Assembly (NCBI GenBank): GCA_024277355.1 | Contig: JAJRVL010000005.1 | Coordinates: forward strand, 1 to 32,000 | Source of the DNA: an archaeon | GTDB lineage: Archaea > Iainarchaeota > Iainarchaeia > Iainarchaeales > 1-14-0-10-31-34 | Reading direction: 5' to 3' | DNA: 32,000 nucleotides | Shown: one piece after another, positions 25,949 through 32,000 of the stretch | Layout: each line of letters begins with the position of its first letter | Numbering within the stretch: position 1 is the stretch's first letter | The notes under the pieces: model-generated | Told to the model about the DNA's origin: nothing | Seen by the model: only the letters and a program-made list of their open reading frames with translations | Database searches by the model: none | Program-made: the position numbers and the translations under genes

Positions 25949-26134
25949 ATTTTTTTCCTCCTAAAAATTAAAATTATAAAAGTAATTAAAATTAAGTCAA
26001 TTCTGTATTTAAACCCATACACTTCTTTAGAGGGGGAAAAGAAAAGATTGTTAGAAAAGGAAAAACATTTTTTCTTTAGTTTTTTTTGCTTTCAAAAAGA
26101 AAAAGCCTTTAATCTATTTATTTATTATTTTTTT

Positions 26135-26356
26135 ATGAAAAAGAAAAGAAAAATCAGTTTAATTATTTCAATATTATTCTTTTTTGTTTCATGGTTTGTT
26201 ATTGCTGATTATATTACTTGTACAGATGTTTCAAAACAAGTTTGTTTTTATTCTTCTTTTTTTAATCCTTTATTAATTCTTTTTGTGTTTGTTGATTCAT
26301 TTCTTTTTTTTATTGGAGTTGATCGCTGGGTTATAAATTCAGGTTATTTTGATTAA
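26135..26356 (+). CDS. Hypothetical small membrane protein
   Basis: The track ORF starts at 26048 with a non-ATG codon. ATG at 26135 gives MKKKRKISLIISILFFFVSWFVIADY..., 73 aa with two hydrophobic segments. It overlaps the kae1 stop by 4 nt, convergently. Confidence 0.35.
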   Translation: MKKKRKISLIISILFFFVSWFVIADYITCTDVSKQVCFYSSFFNPLLILFVFVDSFLFFIGVDRWVINSGYFD

Positions 26357-27333
26357 ATCCAGTTAACTTTTATTTGATCAGTTCTTTGTTTTGGAAGAAT
26401 CATGCTTTCATTTAGGTTTGTTTTTTTTCCTGCTTTAAATTCAATTAATCCCTGCCAGCCAATCATTGCTCCGTTATCAACACAAACACTTCTTTCAGGA
26501 ACAAAAAATTTTGCTTTTCGCTGTTTACACATTTTTTTCATTATTTCTCTTAAAGCATTGCTTGAAGCAACTCCTCCTGTCAAAAGCAGTTCTTTTTTTC
26601 CTGTATGGGCTAAGGTTCTTTCAGTTACTTCTGTCAGCATTGCAAAAGCATTATGCATTAAACTACAAACTAAATCTTCTTTTCTTTCTTTTTTAATTTT
26701 TTGTTTGCCTGCTGTAAGTAAACCAGAAAAAGCTAAATCCATTCCTTTAACCGTATAAGGCAGTTCAATGAAATTTTTTCCTTTAAAATATATTTTATCC
26801 ATTACTGGCCCTGCAGGAAAACCTAAATCTATTTCCCTTCCAAACACATCAAGAAAATTTCCTATTCCAATGTCTAATGTTTCGCCATAAATTCTGTATC
26901 TTTTTTTTTCTAAACCAATAATTTGTGTATTAGCTCCGGAAGCATAACAAGTTACAGGGTCTTTTGCTTTAGTTAATTTTTTTCCGATTTCTATATGGGA
27001 GATGCAATGGTTTACTCCAACCAAAGATTTATTATGTAGCAAACTTAAAGTTCTTGCAACTGTTGCCCCTACTTTTAAGCAGTTTCCTAATCCTGGTCCC
27101 TGAGAAAAAGAAATTAAATCAACTTCTTTTATTGAAAGATTTGCTTTTTCTAATGCATTTTCTATTATTTCTTTTGCGTTTTTGTAATGAAAGTCTGCTG
27201 CTTCTCTTGGGTGGATTCCTACTGATTCTTTTTTCACATAAGCTTTTTTTTCGTTTGCAAGAATTCTGCATTTTTCATTTACTATTCCTATTCCAAATGT
27301 GTGTGCTGTTGATTCAATTCCTAATGAAATCAT
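26353..27333 (-). CDS. kae1: tRNA N6-adenosine threonylcarbamoyltransferase Kae1 (KEOPS catalytic subunit)
   Basis: LGIESTAHTFGIGIV, metal-binding VNHCISHIE, SGANTQII and GGVASSNALRE. 326 aa, not fused to Bud32. Confidence 0.95.
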   Translation of the reverse strand: MISLGIESTAHTFGIGIVNEKCRILANEKKAYVKKESVGIHPREAADFHYKNAKEIIENALEKANLSIKEVDLISFSQGPGLGNCLKVGATVARTLSLLHNKSLVGVNHCISHIEIGKKLTKAKDPVTCYASGANTQIIGLEKKRYRIYGETLDIGIGNFLDVFGREIDLGFPAGPVMDKIYFKGKNFIELPYTVKGMDLAFSGLLTAGKQKIKKERKEDLVCSLMHNAFAMLTEVTERTLAHTGKKELLLTGGVASSNALREIMKKMCKQRKAKFFVPERSVCVDNGAMIGWQGLIEFKAGKKTNLNESMILPKQRTDQIKVNWI

Positions 27334-27402
27334 TTTTTTTCCTCTTTTTTTAAGATTTTCTTATGGCTAATTCTTTTATTCTCATTGCTTTAATTTTGTT
27401 GT

Positions 27403-27864
27403 ATGAATAAGGCTCCTTTAATTAAATTAAGTTCTGCAAAAAAACAGAGAATAAGAGATGCAGGAAAAGCCATTGATTTAATGAATAAATCAAAATCAAA
27501 GTTTGTTGTGGTTCCCCGTAATGTAAGGGAATTAATAAGGGACAAAAGAAAATGGTTTTTTATCAGAAATGAAATGGGAGAAAAAATAGGAACCGTCTCA
27601 CTTGACTTAAAAAAAGGAGAAATAGGCGGTTTTTCTGTTCTTCCTAAATATCGTGGATTAAAAAATTCTCTTCCTGCATTAAAAAAAGCAGAAGGAATTA
27701 TGAAAAAAGCAGGTCATAAAAAGGCAATATTACACATTAATATTAATTCTGAAAGAACAATAAAACTTCTTGAAATTTTAGGTTATGCTAAAGGAAAGAA
27801 ACTTTTTGGAGAAAAATATGGAGTTAAATTTAACCTTATTGAACTAGAAAAAAAACTGGATTAG
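27403..27864 (+). CDS. GNAT-like acetyltransferase-fold protein (degenerate motif A)
   Basis: GGFSVLPKYRGLKNSLPALKKAEGIMKKAGHKKAILHININSERTIKLLEILGYAK follows the GNAT beta4-alpha3...beta5-alpha4 layout. RGLKNS stands in place of the usual R/QxxGxG/A. Confidence 0.4.
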   Translation: MNKAPLIKLSSAKKQRIRDAGKAIDLMNKSKSKFVVVPRNVRELIRDKRKWFFIRNEMGEKIGTVSLDLKKGEIGGFSVLPKYRGLKNSLPALKKAEGIMKKAGHKKAILHININSERTIKLLEILGYAKGKKLFGEKYGVKFNLIELEKKLD

Positions 27865-28439
27865 TTTTTTAAAACTTTTTCAATTTCTTTTAAAGTTATT
27901 TTTCCCTGCCTTATAATCTTTTTTTCTTTTACGTAATAAATTGTGCTTGGCTTGTTTTCTTCAAGTATTCCGTCATCAATTATAAAATCAACTTTTTTGC
28001 TTAAAACTTTTACTGCTTTATCAAAAGAATAAATTGGTTTTTTTCCGGACAAATTTGCACTGGTTGAAATTATTGGTTCATTTAATTCTTTTACTATTCC
28101 TAAAGCAGTTTCATTTGAACTAATTCTTAAAGCAATTTTTTCTTTGCTTACTTCTTCAGGAATTTTATTTTTTTTTGGAACAATTAAAGTTAAATGCCCT
28201 TTAAATGCGTTAAGTAATTTTTCTGCTTCAGAATTTATTTCTGCATAATTTTCTGCCATTTTTTTGTCTGCAACAATTATCAAAAAAGGTTTTATTCTAT
28301 CTTGCTTTATTTCTCTGATTCTTTTAATTGAATTAATGTCTGTTAATTTACATCCAATTCCATAACTTGTTTCTGTTGGATAAATTATTACTCCGTTTTT
28401 CTTAAGCACAAATAAAGCCATTTTGATTTTTTTGTTCAT
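27861..28439 (-). CDS. tsaC: L-threonylcarbamoyladenylate synthase, YrdC-domain-only (TsaC/short Sua5 type)
   Basis: VIIYPTETSYGIGC, IKQDRIKPFLIIV, HLTLIV and PIISTSANLSGKKP. At 192 aa it has no Sua5 C-terminal domain. Its start overlaps the CPBP stop (ATGA). Confidence 0.9.
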   Translation of the reverse strand: MNKKIKMALFVLKKNGVIIYPTETSYGIGCKLTDINSIKRIREIKQDRIKPFLIIVADKKMAENYAEINSEAEKLLNAFKGHLTLIVPKKNKIPEEVSKEKIALRISSNETALGIVKELNEPIISTSANLSGKKPIYSFDKAVKVLSKKVDFIIDDGILEENKPSTIYYVKEKKIIRQGKITLKEIEKVLKN

Positions 28440-28999
28440 GACATCATCACTAAAATTACTGCATTATACGCCATATGTCCTATAATATTTGGAATTAAAT
28501 TATTATTTTTTTTGAAATAATATGCTAAAAATAATCCTGCAATAAACGCTCCAATTATTTCTGTTGTTGAACCATAAGCAAAATGAGCTAAAGCAAAAAT
28601 TACTGAAGAAAAAAAGATACCCATTTTTTTCACTAAAAATCCCCTGAAAAAAATTTCTTCTGAAATTACTCTTATAGTAAGAAAATAAAAAAGAAGTAAA
28701 GGGGTTTTAATGCTTATTTTTTTTACTGTTTCAGCTACTTTTGTTAAGTCATTTATTCCAAACAAAGAACTTGAAACTGAAACTAAAAGAGAAATTGCAA
28801 TTAAACCTGCAATAATTAAAACTGATTTTTTTATTAGTTCTTTTCTGTTAATTTTTTTTATTCCTATTTCTGCAAGTGATTTTTTTACTGATTTGTTGTT
28901 ATAGCAATAGTAAATTAAAGGGAGAATAAAAATTAAATCCAATAAAATAATCTGAATTATTTTTGTTCCCCTTTTTGTTTCCATTAAGTGTAAGAACAT
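28436..28999 (-). CDS. CPBP-family intramembrane glutamic endopeptidase (CAAX protease/Abi type)
   Basis: All three CPBP motifs are present: [10 protein letters not shown] (EExxxR), FALAHF (FxxxH) and GHMAYNA (HxxxN). The start is either ATG 28999 or ATG 28984. The latter shares one base with the S27ae stop (TAATG). Confidence 0.85.
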   Translation of the reverse strand: MFLHLMETKRGTKIIQIILLDLIFILPLIYYCYNNKSVKKSLAEIGIKKINRKELIKKSVLIIAGLIAISLLVSVSSSLFGINDLTKVAETVKKISIKTPLLLFYFLTIRVISEEIFFRGFLVKKMGIFFSSVIFALAHFAYGSTTEIIGAFIAGLFLAYYFKKNNNLIPNIIGHMAYNAVILVMMS

Positions 29000-29154
29000 T
29001 TTCCACAGGAATGCCTGTCTTTGTGTTCAGCCATAAATACTCCTGAACCGCACTTAGGACAAAATCTGTTTTTCTTTTTTATTTCGTTTCCTGTTATTTC
29101 ATATTTTTCTGATTTTTTTATATTTGGATGTTTTTTTCTTGTTTTTTTTGCCAT
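28984..29154 (-). CDS. rps27ae: 30S ribosomal protein S27ae (eS31), absent from the ORF track
   Basis: Hand translation gives [56 protein letters not shown] then TAA. This is the canonical CPxCG...FMAxHxDRxxCGKC zinc ribbon, located downstream of rps24e as in most archaea. Confidence 0.9.
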   Translation of the reverse strand: MAKKTRKKHPNIKKSEKYEITGNEIKKKNRFCPKCGSGVFMAEHKDRHSCGKCSYT

Positions 29155-29206
29155 TAACTCACCTGTTTTCTTTCTAATTAATTTTTTTAATTGTTTTTGT
29201 TGTTTC

Positions 29207-29569
29207 TTATTTTTTCTTTTTCTTACTTTCTAATTTCTTTTTTTCTTTTGCTGTTTTTTTTGCTTCTTTTGCTTTTTTCATTTTTTCTTTTTCTTCTGAA
29301 AAATTTCTTCCTAAAACATAATCTAATTCTGTTTCTTTCATTTTACTTTTTTCTTTGTATGCTCTTGCTTTTCCAGTGCAAAATCGTGTTCCAAATGACT
29401 GCTTTATTTCTGTTATTACTGTTGAATCTGAATCTGATTCAGTTAATGCTGCAACTTTTTCTCTTAAATCTTGTGTTTTTGGTGTTGCATTTATTTCTGT
29501 TACTTTGAATTCTATTTCTTTTCTTGAAAGCAATGGATTTGTTTTTTTGCTTGTTATCTCTATCTTCAT
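29207..29569 (-). CDS. rps24e: 30S ribosomal protein S24e (eS24) with a Lys-rich C-terminal extension
   Basis: [13 protein letters not shown]...[14 protein letters not shown]...[14 protein letters not shown], plus a tail of about 30 aa ([29 protein letters not shown]). Confidence 0.9.
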   Translation of the reverse strand: MKIEITSKKTNPLLSRKEIEFKVTEINATPKTQDLREKVAALTESDSDSTVITEIKQSFGTRFCTGKARAYKEKSKMKETELDYVLGRNFSEEKEKMKKAKEAKKTAKEKKKLESKKKKK

Positions 29570-29601
29570 AAGACTACCTCTTTTATTTTTTTTTAATTTG
29601 A

Positions 29602-29796
29602 TTAACGACTTAATCTTAATGCATGTTTTCCTGTTGTGGTTATGCCCATTTTTTTTGCTATTTCTGATTTTTCTGGATTAGTTATTACTACATATCCTCT
29701 CCAGAAGGTTGTAAAGCTTGTACTTCCGCAGTTAGGGCATTTGTCGCCTTCTTCTATTACTTTTCTGCATTCTCGACATGCTTTTCCTTTACTCAT
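29602..29796 (-). CDS. spt4: Transcription elongation factor Spt4 (RNAP subunit E'')
   Basis: KACRECRKV...CPNCGSTSFTTFWRGYVVITNPEKSEIAKKMGI. 64 aa. Confidence 0.9.
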   Translation of the reverse strand: MSKGKACRECRKVIEEGDKCPNCGSTSFTTFWRGYVVITNPEKSEIAKKMGITTTGKHALRLSR

Positions 29797-29808
29797 TCAA
29801 CTACCTCT

Positions 29809-30417
29809 TTATTTTTTTTTCTTTTCAGTTTTTTCTTCTTTTTTTGCTGGTTTTGCTTTTTTGTTTTTGTCTTTTTTCTTTTGGTCTATTGCAAGCCAGT
29901 CTGTTTTTCCTAATCCTGGTTGTCTCATTGTTAATCCTAATTTTGAGTTTGGAATATTTCCTTTTAGACTGCAGGTTGCTATTCTGGCTATTACCTGATC
30001 TTCTAATCCTAATTTTTTATTTGATTCTTTTCCTATAAATCCTGGTCCTTTTGCATCATAATTAATATAGTCGTTCATTATCTGGCTTACGTGGATTAAT
30101 CCTTCTATTGGGCCTGTTCTTACAAATGCACCAAATTCAGTTATTTCTGTTATGGTTCCTTCAACTATTTCTTTCATTTCTGGTTTATAGACTATTGCTT
30201 TGTATTGAGTACTATAATAGGCTGCTCCGTCTCCAGGAATTACTTTTCCTTCTCCAACGTTTTCAACTTCCATTACTGCAACAATAACTCCAATACTTTC
30301 ATCTACTATTCCTTCGTATTCATCTTTTAGTATTTTTAGTATTGCGTCATTTAATTTTCCTCCAAATTCTTTTGGCGGAACTCTTACTGTGTCTTTCATT
30401 GAAATTATTGCATACAT
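29809..30417 (-). CDS. rpoE: DNA-directed RNA polymerase subunit E' (Rpo7) with a Lys-rich C-terminal extension
   Basis: MYAIISMKDTVRVPP...EGKVIPGDGAAYY and an S1 domain (VEGTITEITEFGAFVRTGPIEGLIHVSQI). GGAGG lies 7 nt upstream of the ATG. The tail is KKKDKNKKAKPAKKEEKTEKKKK. Confidence 0.92.
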   Translation of the reverse strand: MYAIISMKDTVRVPPKEFGGKLNDAILKILKDEYEGIVDESIGVIVAVMEVENVGEGKVIPGDGAAYYSTQYKAIVYKPEMKEIVEGTITEITEFGAFVRTGPIEGLIHVSQIMNDYINYDAKGPGFIGKESNKKLGLEDQVIARIATCSLKGNIPNSKLGLTMRQPGLGKTDWLAIDQKKKDKNKKAKPAKKEEKTEKKKK

Positions 30418-30433
30418 TTTTTTTCCTCCTTAT

Positions 30434-30817
30434 TTATTCAATAACAATAACCTTTTTTTGTCTTACGAATGCTGTTTTAAATCCTTTTTTTCTGATTTTT
30501 GTTCTTAATTCTTTGTCGTTTGTTGCTATAATATAATTTTCTTGTGCTAATTCTTCCATTCTTTTATCGGCATTTTCTGTTTTTGCTTTTATAATCATGC
30601 AATTTTTTTTAATTAATTTTTCTGCTATTTCTGCATTTATTTTTTTTGTTTTGTTTTTTTCTTTTAATTTTTTTAATTCTTTTAAAACTTCTTCTGGAAC
30701 AAAAAATTCTGTTTTTCCGTAATTTTTTAGTTCTTCAAAAACATCTATTTTTAGTTCTCCTATTGCCATTAACATATTTGTATCTAAAACTATTTTATTC
30801 AGTTGTTCCATAAGCAA
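30434..30817 (-). CDS. PIN-domain protein (Fcf1/Utp24-like, conserved neighbour of rpoE and eIF2gamma)
   Basis: VLDTNMLMAIGELKIDVFEEL...FVPEEVLKELKKL...YIIATNDKELR is a PIN acidic-residue pattern. Its position matches the conserved archaeal cluster. The start overlaps the eIF2gamma 3' end. Confidence 0.75.
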   Translation of the reverse strand: MLMEQLNKIVLDTNMLMAIGELKIDVFEELKNYGKTEFFVPEEVLKELKKLKEKNKTKKINAEIAEKLIKKNCMIIKAKTENADKRMEELAQENYIIATNDKELRTKIRKKGFKTAFVRQKKVIVIE

Positions 30818-31991
30818 TTAATCTCCATCTTGCACCTTCTTTTTTGCTTATTGCTATTTTTTGGTTTGGTTCTATTGTTATTGGTACTTTAAGCATTACT
30901 TCAATTAAATCTTTTTTTAATGCAATTATGTTTCCTATTGTTGTTGCTGTTCCTGCACTTAAAACTATTATTTCTCCTTGTTTTAAGTCTGTTTTAATTC
31001 CTGTTACTTCTCTTTGAAAGTATTTTATTTTCATTTTAATGTTTGTTACTGCTTCAGGAAGGCTTCCGATTTTCCCTAAAATATTTCCTTTCATTTGATC
31101 ATTTTTAGTTAAATTTGAGTCAATTAATGTTCTTATTGAAATTAGTCCTCCTGGCACTGCTTCTTTTATTTTTCCTTCACTTGTATTTATTTCAATTATT
31201 TTTACTTTGTTTTTTTTATTGTTTATTCCAGGACTTAATTCAAGTTCGTCTCCTGTTTTTATTTTTCCCTGCATTATTGTTCCGCCTAATGCTCCTCCAA
31301 TTAATTCTTTGATTTTTATTCCTGGCTTGTTTATGTCAAAGCTTCTTGCAACATACATTTTCACAGGTTTTTTTTCATCTATTTTTGGTGAAGGAATTTT
31401 TTTTTCTATTGTTTCAATTAATAAATCAATATTTGTTCCGAAATGAGCTGCAGTAGGAATTATTTCTGCTTCAAAATCAAATTCTTTAAGAAATTTTTTT
31501 ATTTGATGGTAGTTTTCTGTTGCTTGTTTTTTGTCAACTAAATCTATTTTGTTTTGTGCTACAATAATGTTTTTTATTCCGCTGACTTTTAATGCCATTA
31601 AATGTTCTTTTGTTCTTGGCTGAGGACAGAATTCATTTGCAGCAATAACTAATATTGCTCCATGCATTAATGCAGCTCCTGAAATCATTGTTGTCATTAA
31701 TGTTTCATGTCCTGGAGCATCAACAAAACTGACTTTTCTTAATCTTTTTGTTTTCTTTTTGCAGTGAGAGCAAGTTTCTTGTGTTGTATATGCTTCTGCG
31801 CCTTTACATGCAGGGCATTTATAAAATACTGCATCAGCATAACCTAATCTAATTGAAATTCCTCTTTTTAGTTCTTCTGAATGTGTGTCAGTCCATTTGC
31901 CGCTTAATGCATGCGTCAGTGAAGTTTTTCCATGGTCTACATGGCCTATTAATCCTATGTTAACTTCTGCCTGACTAATTTCTTTTTTCAT
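30795..31991 (-). CDS. eif2g: Translation initiation factor 2 subunit gamma
   Basis: NIGLIGHVDHGKTSL, zinc ribbon CPACKG...CSHCKKK, DAPGHE and NKIDL. ATG at 31991 gives MKKEISQAEVNIG. The frame stays open to the window edge (the track uses GTG 32000), so the start is not fully certain. Confidence 0.95.
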   Translation of the reverse strand: MKKEISQAEVNIGLIGHVDHGKTSLTHALSGKWTDTHSEELKRGISIRLGYADAVFYKCPACKGAEAYTTQETCSHCKKKTKRLRKVSFVDAPGHETLMTTMISGAALMHGAILVIAANEFCPQPRTKEHLMALKVSGIKNIIVAQNKIDLVDKKQATENYHQIKKFLKEFDFEAEIIPTAAHFGTNIDLLIETIEKKIPSPKIDEKKPVKMYVARSFDINKPGIKIKELIGGALGGTIMQGKIKTGDELELSPGINNKKNKVKIIEINTSEGKIKEAVPGGLISIRTLIDSNLTKNDQMKGNILGKIGSLPEAVTNIKMKIKYFQREVTGIKTDLKQGEIIVLSAGTATTIGNIIALKKDLIEVMLKVPITIEPNQKIAISKKEGARWRLIAYGTTE

Positions 31992-32000
31992 TTTTTTCAC

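Noticed and set aside
25722-25964. Track ORF (80 aa, plus strand)
   Set aside because: It starts at TTG, is Phe/Leu-rich and low in complexity, and has no ribosome-binding site. The opposite strand carries a GGAGG-led ORF with a sensible basic protein sequence.
29021-30038. Series of plus-strand track ORFs (29021, 29191, 29355, 29636, 29778)
   Set aside because: These are poly-Phe/Leu translations of the antisense of Lys/Glu-rich ribosomal and RNAP genes. The minus strand here encodes recognisable S27ae, S24e, Spt4 and Rpo7.
26402-31446. Antisense track ORFs over kae1, the CPBP gene, the Rpo7/PIN junction and eIF2gamma (26402-26758, 26466-26696, 27054-27353, 28710-28904, 30342-30536, 31115-31446)
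   Set aside because: For the same reason as above: they are shadow frames of well-supported minus-strand genes.
1-32000. tRNA, rRNA, CRISPR arrays, transposases/IS ends and long direct repeats
   Set aside because: All intergenic gaps are short (mostly under 150 nt, the longest about 280 nt) and uniformly AT-rich, without the G/C-rich stems of tRNAs. I noticed no periodic repeat-spacer pattern and no transposase-like ORF. This was a visual scan only, so tRNAscan/Infernal and a repeat finder should confirm it.

Overview
This is a strongly AT-rich archaeal chromosomal segment (judged by eye, not computed). It is gene-dense with short intergenic gaps and frequent 1-4 nt start/stop overlaps. The gene content suggests a small-genome, DPANN-like archaeon, but that is inference. 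All calls come from motif recognition in the translated ORFs; no searches were run.

Housekeeping content:
- sepF (5' end cut by the window edge)
- a UPF0147 - PolD small subunit - PolD large subunit operon
- a NOG1-type GTPase
- secF-secD and sppA
- ribosomal proteins S3Ae, S15, S24e and S27ae (S27ae is absent from the ORF track)
- bud32, kae1 and a short YrdC/TsaC-type gene
- a bacterial-type grpE-dnaK-dnaJ locus with a divergent wHTH regulator
- the conserved eIF2gamma-PIN-Rpo7-Spt4-S24e-S27ae cluster

Observations worth follow-up:
1. A minimal archaeosortase-family gene lies 1 nt downstream of CDP-archaeol synthase. A nearby surface protein carries a tripartite C-terminal sorting signal (LPETN, TM helix, NRK). 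Together they suggest a compact protein-lipidation module within a Sec/SppA neighbourhood.
2. A tryptophanase/beta-eliminating-lyase gene is intact except for one in-frame TAA.
3. An unannotated 44-codon acidic ORF fills the grpE-dnaK gap exactly.
4. A perfect 9-bp inverted repeat sits in the grpE/regulator divergent promoter.
5. A tail-anchored, internally duplicated protein is coupled to sepF.
6. A CPBP protease and tsaC are translationally chained onto the ribosomal/RNAP operon.
7. There is an orphan LysW-like zinc-ribbon protein and a SWIB-like mini-ORF with a GGAGG site.

No tRNA, rRNA, CRISPR array, transposase or intein was recognised.
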